Below are positions 19,849 to 29,959 of a stretch of DNA of 64,000 nt, one piece after another. The notes under the pieces were generated by a model. It searched no databases and was not told where the DNA came from. It saw only the letters and a program-made list of their open reading frames with translations. Position 1 is the first letter of the stretch. Every line of letters starts with the position of its first letter. This DNA comes from Bdellovibrio sp. Lineage in GTDB: Bacteria; Bdellovibrionota; Bdellovibrionia; Bdellovibrionales; Bdellovibrionaceae. A program made the position numbers and the translations under genes. The stretch covers positions 224,001 through 288,000 of the forward strand of contig JAKFBS010000003.1 of the NCBI GenBank assembly GCA_036677065.1, read 5' to 3'.

Positions 19849-21291
19849 TTAGGCGTGAGCGTTTTTGCTCGCGCCACCTAAAGGTTTTTGGATGATATGA
19901 ATCGCGTGTCCTAACGTAGCTTCGGCAGCTTCCATCATTGTTTCACCTAAAGTTGGGTGAGGATGGATTGTTAAAGCAACGTCTTCAATACGGGCTCCCA
20001 TTTCGATCGCTAGCGCAGCTTCTGAAATTAAATTCGAAGCTTCTGGTCCAACGATGTGAACGCCTAATAAAACGTGAGTTTTTTTGTCAGCGATCATTTT
20101 TACGAAACCGTCAGTTTCCATCATGCTTACGGCGCGGCCGTTGGCTGCGAATGGAAATTTAGAGATTAATAAATCGTTAAAGCCTTTTGCTTTGCATTCA
20201 GCTTCAGTCATGCCGGCAGATGCGATTTCTGGATCTGTGAAAACCACTGCAGGAACTGTTTTTGCGTCGTACACGCGGTTGATGCCAGAGATAATTTCTG
20301 GAACCATTACGCCTTCGTGTGATGCTTTGTGCGCAAGCATTGGTTGGCCACAAATATCGCCGATGGCGAAAATGTGCGGGATGTTTGTTCTGCGTTGAGC
20401 ATCCACTTTGATAAAGCCGCGTTCATCAACTGCAATGCCACAACCTTTGATGTTAGCTTGATCGCCATTTGGACGACGGCCAACAGTAACTAAGATTTTA
20501 TCACATTTGATCACTTCGTCTTTACCGTTGATTTCAACAGTCACTTCATAACCGTCTTTAGTTTTCTTTTGGCCTTTAGCTTTTGCGCCAAATTTAAATT
20601 GGATACCGGCTTTTTCAGCTTTACGAGTAACAACTTGAGCGCACTCAGGATCTACTACGCCAGCTAATAATGAAGCTTGAGCTTCAACAACGATAACTTC
20701 AGATCCTAATTTGCGTAAGTATGACGTGATTTCTAAACCGATGTAACCGCCACCGATGGCCACTACGCGTTTAGGAATTTCGTCGAAGTTTAAAGCTCCT
20801 GTAGATGAGCAAATATCTTTTTCATCAAACGGAAAGCCTGGGATTTCAATTGGGCGTGAGCCTGTTGCGATAATGAAATGTTTGGCTGTGATTGAATCTG
20901 TTCCAGTTGAAGATTTAACCGTTAATTCTTTAGTCGTTTTAAAAGTTGCTTCACCTTTAATAATAGTAACAGTGTTACCTTTTAAAAGTTGGTTCACACC
21001 ACCTGACATTTTGTCGCAAACAGATTGTTTCCATTTAACTAAAGTTTTCATATCAACGTCGATACCGCCTTTGATATTTAAACCCATTGTTTTGAAATCA
21101 TGCTGGGCACGGTGTAACATGTGCGTCGCTGTGATCATCGCTTTAGACGGGATACAACCTACGTTTAAGCACACGCCGCCAAGGGCTTCGCGCTCGATGA
21201 TCGCTGTTTTAAAACCCAATTGCGAAGCACGGATAGCTGCTACGTAACCTCCCGGACCAGAACCAATTACTACGATATCAAAATTTTGCAT
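19849..21291 (-). CDS. lpdA: dihydrolipoyl dehydrogenase (E3)
   Basis: GSGPGGY, GGVCLNVGCIPSK, HPHPTLGE. Confidence 0.96.
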   Translation of the reverse strand: MQNFDIVVIGSGPGGYVAAIRASQLGFKTAIIEREALGGVCLNVGCIPSKAMITATHMLHRAQHDFKTMGLNIKGGIDVDMKTLVKWKQSVCDKMSGGVNQLLKGNTVTIIKGEATFKTTKELTVKSSTGTDSITAKHFIIATGSRPIEIPGFPFDEKDICSSTGALNFDEIPKRVVAIGGGYIGLEITSYLRKLGSEVIVVEAQASLLAGVVDPECAQVVTRKAEKAGIQFKFGAKAKGQKKTKDGYEVTVEINGKDEVIKCDKILVTVGRRPNGDQANIKGCGIAVDERGFIKVDAQRRTNIPHIFAIGDICGQPMLAHKASHEGVMVPEIISGINRVYDAKTVPAVVFTDPEIASAGMTEAECKAKGFNDLLISKFPFAANGRAVSMMETDGFVKMIADKKTHVLLGVHIVGPEASNLISEAALAIEMGARIEDVALTIHPHPTLGETMMEAAEATLGHAIHIIQKPLGGASKNAHA

Positions 21292-21294
21292 AAA

Positions 21295-21624
21295 TTATTT
21301 ACTTCCTTTTTCAGCTTGCTGCTTGTCGTACTCAGCTTTTCCTTTAAGGTAACCTTTTTTAAATGTGCGTTCTAAAGTTTTAGGGCAGTTGCCCGTGTAG
21401 ATTCCACCCTGGCGCCCGAATTCTAAACCGCCATTGTAACTGCAGAACAAAGTTTCTTCTTTTTCTGGAGTCAGAGGTGTAGATGGAACAGCAGATTCAG
21501 TGGCTTTAGATTCGCTGATACTTTTTTGTTCCCAATCAGTTGATGGAACAAGCACAGGTGCAGAGCTGCAACCTGTAAACTGAACGGCCATCGCAAACAT
21601 CGAAAACAAAAAGATTTTTTTCAT
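21295..21624 (-). CDS. small lipoprotein, DUF2799-like
   Basis: Lipobox FTGC; FC....G..FGRQG..Y.G.CP......F..GY..G pattern. Confidence 0.6.
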   Translation of the reverse strand: MKKIFLFSMFAMAVQFTGCSSAPVLVPSTDWEQKSISESKATESAVPSTPLTPEKEETLFCSYNGGLEFGRQGGIYTGNCPKTLERTFKKGYLKGKAEYDKQQAEKGSK

Positions 21625-23270
21625 TACGACATTCCCATCATCAACACGCCAGGGTTTTGAATTTTCTGGAAGAATGATTTTAAGAAGTTCGCGGCTACTG
21701 CGCCATCGATTAAACGGTGATCTGCAGTGATTGTGTAATTCATAGCTTTGATAAAACCGATAGAGCCATCTTTTTTAAGAATTGGTTTATCAGATAATTT
21801 GTACATACCAAGAATGGCTACTTCTGGGTGATTGATGATTGGTGTTGCGTAAGTTCCGCCAACAGATCCGATATTTGTAATCGTGATCGTTGCACCTTTC
21901 ATTTCGTCTGGTTTTAATTTTCCGTCACGAGCACGTTTAGATAGATCAATAATTTCTTTTGAAATTTCTAAAATAGATTTTTGGTCAGCATTTTTAATCA
22001 CTGGAACCATTAAGCCATTTGGAGTGTCAGCGGCAAAACCGATATTGAAATATTTTTTGTAAACGATTTGTGAATTAGCATCGTCAATTGAAGCATTGAA
22101 CTGTGGAAATTCTTTGATCGTTGCAATCATAGCTTTCATAGCAAACGGTAAGTAAGTGATCTTAGTTCCGTTTTTCTCAGCGTAATCTTTTAGTGATTCA
22201 CGTAAAGCAACTAACTGAGTTACATCAGCTTCATCCATCAATGTGAAATGCGGAATGATCGCTTTAGACATTTGCATGTTTTGTGCGATTTTCTTGCGAA
22301 TTCCTAATAGATCAACACGCTCTTCTAACCCAGCATTTGTCGATTTGTACTCTGGTTTCGGGAAGTTCATTGAAGGAGCTCCGGCTGAAGTTGCGCCGGC
22401 GCCAGTCGATGTCGCAGCTGTTGCTTTGCCGCCTTTAGAACTTAATACGTCTTCACGAGTTACTCGTCCTGCTAATCCAGAACCAGTCATACCATTGATA
22501 TCAACACCCATCTCGCGAGCTAAACGGCGAGTCGCTGGAGTTGCTAACACACGTGATTCAGCTACAGGAGGGTAGATGCCACCAGCTGCTGAAGCCGACA
22601 TGGCCGCCGCCGAGGCTTGCGGAGCATGAGCGCCGTTAGAGCTTGCTGCAGGAGCCGCAGGTTTGTGAGCTTGTGATGCGGGAGCAGAAGTCGTTGCGCC
22701 AGTAGCGCCTGATAAAGTTAGAATCACAGATTCAACTTTGATCACATCACCTTTTTTAAATTTAAATTCTTTTACAACACCAGCTACTGGAGTTGGAACT
22801 TCAACAGTCGCTTTATCAGTCATGATCTCTGCAACAGTTTGATCAGCTTTAACAGCATCACCAATGTTTACAGTCCATTTAACTAATTCGCCTTCAGTAA
22901 CGCCTTCGCCTAATTCAGGAAGTTTTACATCCGTTGATCCGCCACCAGAAGTTGCAGCAGGTGCCGGAGCAGCCGCAGCTTGTGGAGCAGGTTTAGCAGC
23001 TGCTGCGGTAGCAGGAGCCGAAGCTGTAGCCGAAGCACCGCCTTCAAGTCTTAAAAGTACAGATTCAACTTTAACAACTTGGCCTGGCTTAAATAATAAT
23101 TCTTTAACAACGCCAGCAATCGGAGTTGGAACTTCAACTGTTGCTTTGTCGGTCATCATTTCACAAACAGTTTGATCGGCTTTAACAGTGTCGCCTGGTT
23201 TTACTAACCATTTAACTAATTCGCCCTCGGTTACGCCTTCACCTAATTCAGGTAATTTTACATCAGCCAT
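21624..23270 (-). CDS. 2-oxo-acid dehydrogenase E2 (dihydrolipoamide acyltransferase) with two lipoyl domains
   Basis: Two TDKATVEVP lipoyl motifs, E3-binding ATPATRRLARE, catalytic DHRLIDG; start ATG 23270 after AAGGA. Confidence 0.93.
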   Translation of the reverse strand: MADVKLPELGEGVTEGELVKWLVKPGDTVKADQTVCEMMTDKATVEVPTPIAGVVKELLFKPGQVVKVESVLLRLEGGASATASAPATAAAAKPAPQAAAAPAPAATSGGGSTDVKLPELGEGVTEGELVKWTVNIGDAVKADQTVAEIMTDKATVEVPTPVAGVVKEFKFKKGDVIKVESVILTLSGATGATTSAPASQAHKPAAPAASSNGAHAPQASAAAMSASAAGGIYPPVAESRVLATPATRRLAREMGVDINGMTGSGLAGRVTREDVLSSKGGKATAATSTGAGATSAGAPSMNFPKPEYKSTNAGLEERVDLLGIRKKIAQNMQMSKAIIPHFTLMDEADVTQLVALRESLKDYAEKNGTKITYLPFAMKAMIATIKEFPQFNASIDDANSQIVYKKYFNIGFAADTPNGLMVPVIKNADQKSILEISKEIIDLSKRARDGKLKPDEMKGATITITNIGSVGGTYATPIINHPEVAILGMYKLSDKPILKKDGSIGFIKAMNYTITADHRLIDGAVAANFLKSFFQKIQNPGVLMMGMS

Positions 23271-23271
23271 T

Positions 23272-24288
23272 CTAGTTGTTTCCTTTCGCTGCGTCTGTAG
23301 ACACTTGTCCACTCATTCTTTGTACTTTATTTAATTCTCTATTTTGTTTAATCATGCCTTCTAAGAAAAACTCTCCCGCACGGTAAGAGCTTCGAACAAG
23401 TGGACCTGAAGCTACGTATAAAAACCCTAAGCCTTCAGCCGTTTCTTTCCAGTAATTAAATTTTTCTGGAGTAATGTATTCAATAACTTTTAAATGTTTC
23501 GGAGTTGGTTGTAAGTATTGACCAAAAGTCACAACGTCACAGCCCACTTCACGCAAGTCTTTTAAAGTTTGCAGAATCTCTTCATCTGTTTCGCCTAAGC
23601 CCAACATGATTGAAGATTTAGTGTAAATATTTGAATCGAATTTTTTTACTGACGCTAATACATCCATTGACTGGCGGTACTTAGCGCGTGGGTCACGTAC
23701 TTTTGGAGTTAAACGCTCAACAGTTTCAATGTTGTGAGCAAATACATCTGGGTACGCTGCTGCTAGGTGAAGAATTAATTTTTCATCACCGCGAAAGTCT
23801 GGAGTTAAAATTTCGATGATTAAATCTGGATCTAATTTTTTCATGGTCTTAACAGTTCTTGCGAAATGGTCAGAACCTTGATCAGGCATATCATCGCGAT
23901 CAACTGAAGTAACAACCACGTATTTTAATTTCATCTGAGAAACTGAGTACGCTACTTTTTCTGGCTCAAAAGGATCAACCGGTGGTAAACCGATTTTTGC
24001 ATTTCCAGTTTTCACGTTACAGAAACGGCAGCCGCGTGTGCAAGTGTCGCCCATGATCATGATTGTAGCTGTGCCGCCAGACCAGCATTCGCCCATGTTG
24101 GGACAACGCGCTTCTTGGCAAACAGTGGCAAGTTTTAATTCGCCTAACATTTCTTTAATGCGCGCGTAGTTTTCTCCGGCTGGAGCTTTTACTTTTAACC
24201 AATCTGGTTTGCGAACTACTGGCACAGGTGCCGGAGTAGGATTTTCGCTCGAGTTATCACTAGGAATGTCATTCAACATAACTGCCAC
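23272..24288 (-). CDS. lipA: lipoyl synthase
   Basis: [27 protein letters not shown]. Confidence 0.96.
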   Translation of the reverse strand: MAVMLNDIPSDNSSENPTPAPVPVVRKPDWLKVKAPAGENYARIKEMLGELKLATVCQEARCPNMGECWSGGTATIMIMGDTCTRGCRFCNVKTGNAKIGLPPVDPFEPEKVAYSVSQMKLKYVVVTSVDRDDMPDQGSDHFARTVKTMKKLDPDLIIEILTPDFRGDEKLILHLAAAYPDVFAHNIETVERLTPKVRDPRAKYRQSMDVLASVKKFDSNIYTKSSIMLGLGETDEEILQTLKDLREVGCDVVTFGQYLQPTPKHLKVIEYITPEKFNYWKETAEGLGFLYVASGPLVRSSYRAGEFFLEGMIKQNRELNKVQRMSGQVSTDAAKGNN

Positions 24289-24462
24289 CTTTTAGTGCAA
24301 ATTTATCACTCAAAATTAGAGCTTTATTTCTAACTTCAAAGAGGGGTCATGGCAAACATTTTAACTGGCAAAACAGGGGTATGCCAAGGCAAGCTAAAAT
24401 TACAGGCCATTGTGCCGCTCCTAGGTAGACTAAACAGCCACGATTTGTTAGCTATATAGGCT

Positions 24463-26259
24463 ATGACATTACTGCACGAACCTTTAAGAAAACTCGTTTC
24501 TCAAACTCTAATCACGTTAATTCAAGTCCAACTTGAAGCTGGCGGAGTTGCTAAAGACGCAATGAGTGTGGGTGATGTCTACAAAGCTCTAGTCGATGCC
24601 CCAAATACTGATCTTGGACATTTAGCTTTTGGTTGTTTCATTACAGCTAAGAATTTAAAAAAAGGCCCGCCAGTTGTCGCCCAACTTTTAGCGCAAGAAT
24701 TAAAAAATGAAGTGGCGCAAAATATCGTTTTAAAAAAAGCGATCGCGTCAGTTGAAGCCGCTGGTCCGTACATTAACATTAAATTTTCAGCTGCAGGTTT
24801 AGCAGATTACATTTTAAAACCTCTTTTATCTGGCGAAACTTTTTCTGCGCAGTTAACTGAAGCTACTCCTAAAATGATGATCGAGTATTCACAACCGAAC
24901 ACGCACAAAGAATTACACGTAGGTCACATGCGTAACATGTGTTTAGGTGATTCAATCGTTAGATTACTTCGTTATTCTGGTTACAATATTTTGGCTTCAA
25001 CTTTTCCTGGAGATGTTGGAACTCACGTTGCTAAATGTCTTTGGTATATGAAATTTCACAATAAAGAATCAGCGCCGATGATGAACAAAGGCACTTGGTT
25101 GGGGGCGATGTACTCAAAAGGAAATCTTTTATTAGAAGACCAAGTCGGTACTCCGCAAGAAGATGAAAACAGAAAGATTCTGACTGAAATTTTAAAACAA
25201 TTAGAAGCTAAAAACGGCGAATACTACGATTTATGGAAGCAAACTCGTGAGTGGTCGATCGATTTAATGAAAGAAATTTATAACTGGGCCGACATTAAAT
25301 TTGACCAGTGGTATTTTGAATCAGACGTTGATTCTGACTCTGTAAAAACAATCAAAAAATACCTAGCTGAAGGTAAACTTGTCGAATCACAAGGTGCGAT
25401 CGGCTTAGATTTTTCTGAAGAAAACATGGGATTTTGCTTATTACTTAAATCTGATGGCACAGGTCTTTATGCGACGAAAGATATCGAGTTAGCTCGTCGT
25501 AAATTTGAAGAACATAAAATTCAAAAATCAATTTATGTAGTTGATCAAAGACAAGCTTTACATTTTAAACAAGTTTTTAAAGCCTTAGAAGTTTTAGGTT
25601 TTGAACAAGCTAAAGACTGTTACCATTTACAATATAATTTTGTTGAGCTGCCAGACGGGGCGATGAGCTCTCGTAAAGGCAATATCGTGCCGTTGACGAC
25701 ACTTATCGACACAATGAAGGCTCACATTAAATCAGAATACTTAGCCCGTTACGCGAGCGAGTGGACTGCAGAAGAAGTAGCTATGGTTGCAGACCAAGTG
25801 GCCAAAGGTGCGATCAAATACGGAATGTTAAAGCAAGATACGAACAAAAAAATCGTGTTTGATATGAGCGAATGGACAAAACTTGATGGTGAATCAGGTC
25901 CATTCATTCAATACTCTTCAGCACGTATTAATTCACTTCTTAAAAAGTTCTCATTCGATACAAAGGCGGAATTTGCCGGAGAAGTTTTATCTCACGCCAG
26001 CGAATTAAAACTAATGCAACATCTAATGAATTTTAACACTGTCGTTTTAAACTCTGCTGAAAACTATAAACCAGCTTCGTTATGCTCATACCTTTATGAT
26101 ACGGCGAAAAAGTTTAATTCGTTTTATCATGATTGTCCGATCGGAACTGCTGAAACACCTGATCTTAAGAAGGCACGCATGGCCTTGGCTTATTCAACAG
26201 GTGTAGTGCTTAAACAGGGCTTAAGTTTATTAGGCATTCCGACTCCTGAAAGAATGTAA
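24463..26259 (+). CDS. argS: arginine--tRNA ligase
   Basis: EYSQPNTHKELHVGH (HIGH), MSSRKG, GPFIQYSSAR, terminal ERM. Confidence 0.95.
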   Translation: MTLLHEPLRKLVSQTLITLIQVQLEAGGVAKDAMSVGDVYKALVDAPNTDLGHLAFGCFITAKNLKKGPPVVAQLLAQELKNEVAQNIVLKKAIASVEAAGPYINIKFSAAGLADYILKPLLSGETFSAQLTEATPKMMIEYSQPNTHKELHVGHMRNMCLGDSIVRLLRYSGYNILASTFPGDVGTHVAKCLWYMKFHNKESAPMMNKGTWLGAMYSKGNLLLEDQVGTPQEDENRKILTEILKQLEAKNGEYYDLWKQTREWSIDLMKEIYNWADIKFDQWYFESDVDSDSVKTIKKYLAEGKLVESQGAIGLDFSEENMGFCLLLKSDGTGLYATKDIELARRKFEEHKIQKSIYVVDQRQALHFKQVFKALEVLGFEQAKDCYHLQYNFVELPDGAMSSRKGNIVPLTTLIDTMKAHIKSEYLARYASEWTAEEVAMVADQVAKGAIKYGMLKQDTNKKIVFDMSEWTKLDGESGPFIQYSSARINSLLKKFSFDTKAEFAGEVLSHASELKLMQHLMNFNTVVLNSAENYKPASLCSYLYDTAKKFNSFYHDCPIGTAETPDLKKARMALAYSTGVVLKQGLSLLGIPTPERM

Positions 26260-26268
26260 TCCACAAAT

Positions 26269-26300
26269 AAAAAAAAGCCCCGATCTTTCGATCGAGGCTT
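26269..26300 (-). terminator. intrinsic terminator between convergent argS and the 26331 gene
   Basis: - strand GCCTCGATC-GAAA-GATCGGGGC then T8. Confidence 0.8.
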
Positions 26301-26330
26301 AATGGTGTGTTCTTTAAAATTTAAAGCTAA

Positions 26331-26924
26331 TTACTCAGCTAATCCTAAGAAAATTTGTAAACGCGCGCGTGAACCGATTAGGTTTTGCGACGTTGCTACA
26401 AGTTCAATTGATTCAACACGTACAGAGTATTGGTAATCTAAACGTACACGTACTTCTTGGCCTTCTCTTACGATACCAGTAGTGATGTTCGTTGTGCGGC
26501 CGTTTGATAAACGAGCATAAGCACGGATGATTTGGGTGTCAGCTTGTGAAGAGCGTAATAAAACTTCATTCACTAAACGGTGACCAACGCGTAAATGAAT
26601 AGTTTCGTTTGAAAATTTTTCTACCTTAGTTGTTCCCATATCTAACCAACGGTAAGTGCGTGCCGGACCGTAGTCAGAATATCCTGGGTGTGAAGGGTAT
26701 CCTGGTTCATACGGATTACTTGGGTAACCTGGCTCGTATGGATTGTTGTGGCCAGAACCTGGGCCGTGACCATTGCCATTACCGGGAACGTGATGTCCGC
26801 CGTTACCGCCGTGGTGACCACCGTTACCAGAGCCTGGGCCATGACCGTTGCCATTGCCTGGAACTAAGTGTTGAGCTTGTGCTACGCCCGCTACTAGCAT
26901 GATTGCTAAAAGTAAAGTTTTCAT
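26331..26924 (-). CDS. secreted protein with Gly/His/Pro-Tyr low-complexity repeats and C-terminal beta-rich domain
   Basis: Signal peptide; VPGNGNGHGPGSG x2, NPYEPGYPS x2. Confidence 0.75.
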   Translation of the reverse strand: MKTLLLAIMLVAGVAQAQHLVPGNGNGHGPGSGNGGHHGGNGGHHVPGNGNGHGPGSGHNNPYEPGYPSNPYEPGYPSHPGYSDYGPARTYRWLDMGTTKVEKFSNETIHLRVGHRLVNEVLLRSSQADTQIIRAYARLSNGRTTNITTGIVREGQEVRVRLDYQYSVRVESIELVATSQNLIGSRARLQIFLGLAE

Positions 26925-26998
26925 AAATTCCCCTTATATATTTATTGTCACCATCAACTGGTGTCATTTGTTTCATTATTCTGTACGTGGGTCATTAG

Positions 26999-27014
26999 AG
27001 CAAAAGGTCGGCCA
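26999..27014 (-). promoter_or_regulatory. sigma54 (-24/-12) promoter
   Basis: - strand TGGCCGACCTTTTGCT, GG-N10-GC. Confidence 0.7.
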
Positions 27015-27068
27015 GCTGTTCCAAGGCTGAATTGACACTGTTCCAAGCGTATGGAACAGTTGACAGCT

Positions 27069-27830
27069 ATGAAATTTGAAAAAAAATTACACGAAGGAAT
27101 TTTACACTCACGCTACAAAAGATTTTTTGCAGATGTAGAATTAGACGGAGAAAAATTCACCATCCACGTGCCAAATACGGGTTCATTAAAAGCGGTGATT
27201 GAAAAAAATCCGGCACAACCACAGAAATGTTGGTTCTCGCTTCACGGTGATGCGACGAAAAAATTAAAAGGCACACTTGAAGCTGTGCAAACTGAAGAAG
27301 GCGCTTGGGTGGGGGTGAATACTTCGAATCCAAACCGTGTCGTGACTGAGGCCATTCAGAATGCCATCGAATCTGGTCAGCCATTTTTAAAAGAGTGGTC
27401 TGAATACAGTTTTTATAAACCAGAATATAAAATTTCAAAAGAAACCCGTTTAGACGGGGTGTTTTTATTTAAACAAATCGATTTAGATAACCCCAAAGCG
27501 AAAAAACATTTCATCGAAATTAAAAACACAACTTTTAGATCTAAAATTGAAAAAAAACCGCACGCCCAATTTCCCGATGCGGTCACTGAACGTGGGCAAA
27601 AGCATGTGCAAGAGATGATGCACCTGATGCAACAAGGGCATAAATGCGAATTAATTTTTGCCGTTCAACGTAATGACGTGGATTTTTTTTCGCCCTGTGA
27701 TTTAGATCCTGATTATGTAAAGCTTTTAAAAAAAGCTTTCAAAGAGGGATTAATTATCTCTCCACTGATTGTTGATATTACTCGTGATGAAGTAAAATTA
27801 ACGACGAAGAAATTAGACATCATTCTTTAA
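27069..27830 (+). CDS. sfsA: SfsA-family DNA/RNA nuclease
   Basis: RYKRFFADV, HVPNTGS, FIEIK, FPDAVTERGQKH; start 27069 or 27051. Confidence 0.9.
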   Translation: MKFEKKLHEGILHSRYKRFFADVELDGEKFTIHVPNTGSLKAVIEKNPAQPQKCWFSLHGDATKKLKGTLEAVQTEEGAWVGVNTSNPNRVVTEAIQNAIESGQPFLKEWSEYSFYKPEYKISKETRLDGVFLFKQIDLDNPKAKKHFIEIKNTTFRSKIEKKPHAQFPDAVTERGQKHVQEMMHLMQQGHKCELIFAVQRNDVDFFSPCDLDPDYVKLLKKAFKEGLIISPLIVDITRDEVKLTTKKLDIIL

Positions 27831-29885
27831 TTACATTTTTGTGCAGATAGCCCAGACCGTGCCTGCGGTAATACTTGAAGTCCAGTTGCATTGCCATTGA
27901 TTATCGTTAATAGGATAAGACGATTTTAAATTACCTGCGCTGGCACCGGCATCGCATCCACCACCGATTATTTTTTTTCCGGCAGAGCAGGTCGCAGCGC
28001 ATGAAGCGGTTAGCGTGCATGCAGCACCTACGCGTTCATAACCACCAAACGCAGAAGTCGTTTGTGAAGTGCCATCGGCATACTCATAACCACCTGCTGT
28101 CGTACGAATTGAGCCGTTCACAGTAAGGGCTGTGGTTGGCGTATTGGTGCCGATACCGACTTTTCCACTTGGTGTTAGAGTTAAGTGCGCTCCTGTGCCT
28201 GTTCCGAGTTGCACACCATTTACTGCGTTCAATACCATGGCATCAGTAATTGTATTTGGCCCCATGAAACCTGCATTACCTAAACCTAAATTAGCTACTT
28301 CGCCGCCACCTTTTACAAAAGTCATGTACTGATTGTTTGGGCTTTCAAAACGAGCAATTTCATTGTTTATAGTACTGCTAACGATAAAGCTTCCGGCAAC
28401 ACGAACTGCGTTTCCTGTATTTGGGACTAAATTAATATCAACCGGTGAATTAAAGTGCGTGATATTATCAATAGAATTTGCGTTATTTCCCATAGGAATT
28501 GTTTGGCGCAGATTTGCTTGGTTGGTTAAGTATAAACGGCTGCCATCGTATTCGATCGCACCAGCTGTCGGCGTTGACTGTAAGGTGCCACTTGAAACTC
28601 GTAACGGAGCTAAGGTAGAAGTTCCAGCAGCAAGATGTAATCGAGCCGCTGGAGAACCCACGCCGATACCAATGTTGCCATCATTTCGAACTACGAATGT
28701 CGTTGCGCCATAAGAAGAAACTTTTAAGCCGTACTGAGACGGACTACTGTTATCAACATTTACTTTTAATCCAAACCCATCTGAATTTGTATTGTTTAAT
28801 GAAGCAATAATTGAATTCGAAACTGAAGCTGGAGCAAATGCAGTCAAACCAACATTGGAATAAGTCGTCGATGAGCCAACAGTAGCATTGCTGGTGGTGT
28901 AAATTCCACCCGCACCAGTTACCCACATAGAGCCACTGCTGGCGGCGGGAACAGTCATTGGTCCCCAACTTGAACCGTCGTAATAAAGAATTTGTCCAGA
29001 CACCGGAGCTGTTGCAGACAAAGTAATGCCGCGAATTTTTTGAAGCGTGGTCGTTGATGAACCTGCGGTCGTAGAAACATCACCCGAAAAACTTGGAAGA
29101 CTTGAAGCTGATAATATTCCGGAGACTTCGGTGGTGGCTAAATTTATAGAATTTTTTGTAGCTAATATTCCTAAACCTAAATTTGCGCGCGCCGCGGTCG
29201 CAGAAGTTAAATCAGATAAGTTATTCGATTTATTTGCAGGTGTATAACCTAAAGCTGTAGTAACTGAAGAAGATGTGACTGCGGGAGCACTTGGATTAAC
29301 CCAAGCCAAACCTGAAACAGTCTTTGTTAAAATTTGTCCATTACTGCCACCGTAAAATACCATCACAGAATCATTCGATGCTTCGATAAAATCTGCAGCT
29401 ACTTTTCCGTTAAGCATAGTGGCGTTATGAGCATAAGGCACAGTGCCTAGTTTGATTGATGCCGTAATGCTTTCTGCGCCGTAATAAACTTGGGCTAAGC
29501 GAGTGTCTGAAGGGGTTACCGAACAATCGTTTCCGGCAAATGTCGTTGTGCCTGAAACAAAACCAAAAAATAAATTTTGCGTAAAACCATTTGGTGAACC
29601 GGGGATTAAAGACGAACTGCCGATGCGGTGATTGATATTACCTTGGCTGTCGCCAGCAACTGCCGTTGATTCGCCGTAAAGATAACAGCCGTTAGCTGAA
29701 ATATAAAAAACTAAAGAAGCACCTGATAAATCAATGGGATTGCCACTGCTGTCTGTTAGTGAACCTTCAAAAACGATTTGTTGATTTTCAGATGATTGGG
29801 CAAATGACGGCAACGCAAAAAGCAAAGTGAAAGCTATTGCTATTAAATAATTGAGCACATGAGAGGGTCTAGCACTGACGTTCAT
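27831..29885 (-). CDS. MAT-like (phage tail-fibre-like) secreted fibre/adhesin, 684 aa
   Basis: Signal peptide, shared FEGSLTD..G.PIDL..TVPYA N-domain, ARANLGLG and G.VGIGT..P fibre repeats, Cys-rich CSAGKKIIGGGC tip. Confidence 0.8.
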   Translation of the reverse strand: MNVSARPSHVLNYLIAIAFTLLFALPSFAQSSENQQIVFEGSLTDSSGNPIDLSGASLVFYISANGCYLYGESTAVAGDSQGNINHRIGSSSLIPGSPNGFTQNLFFGFVSGTTTFAGNDCSVTPSDTRLAQVYYGAESITASIKLGTVPYAHNATMLNGKVAADFIEASNDSVMVFYGGSNGQILTKTVSGLAWVNPSAPAVTSSSVTTALGYTPANKSNNLSDLTSATAARANLGLGILATKNSINLATTEVSGILSASSLPSFSGDVSTTAGSSTTTLQKIRGITLSATAPVSGQILYYDGSSWGPMTVPAASSGSMWVTGAGGIYTTSNATVGSSTTYSNVGLTAFAPASVSNSIIASLNNTNSDGFGLKVNVDNSSPSQYGLKVSSYGATTFVVRNDGNIGIGVGSPAARLHLAAGTSTLAPLRVSSGTLQSTPTAGAIEYDGSRLYLTNQANLRQTIPMGNNANSIDNITHFNSPVDINLVPNTGNAVRVAGSFIVSSTINNEIARFESPNNQYMTFVKGGGEVANLGLGNAGFMGPNTITDAMVLNAVNGVQLGTGTGAHLTLTPSGKVGIGTNTPTTALTVNGSIRTTAGGYEYADGTSQTTSAFGGYERVGAACTLTASCAATCSAGKKIIGGGCDAGASAGNLKSSYPINDNQWQCNWTSSITAGTVWAICTKM

Positions 29886-29893
29886 TCAATAAC

Positions 29894-29921
29894 TTATCGG
29901 TAAAAACCAGATGAAGGTTTA
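29894..29921 (-). promoter_or_regulatory. sigma28/FliA-like promoter
   Basis: - strand TAAA-N16-ACCGATAA, ATG 8 nt downstream. Confidence 0.7.
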
Positions 29922-29959
29922 GCACCAAAGTCTGTTTATCTGTTTCATTGTGAGACGTT

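Noticed and set aside
22700..23270. Direct repeat in the E2 gene
   Set aside because: Ordinary tandem lipoyl domains
24366..24387. Possible sigma54 site upstream of lipA (minus TGGCATACCCCTGTTTTGCC)
   Set aside because: GG-to-GC spacing is 14 nt rather than the required 10
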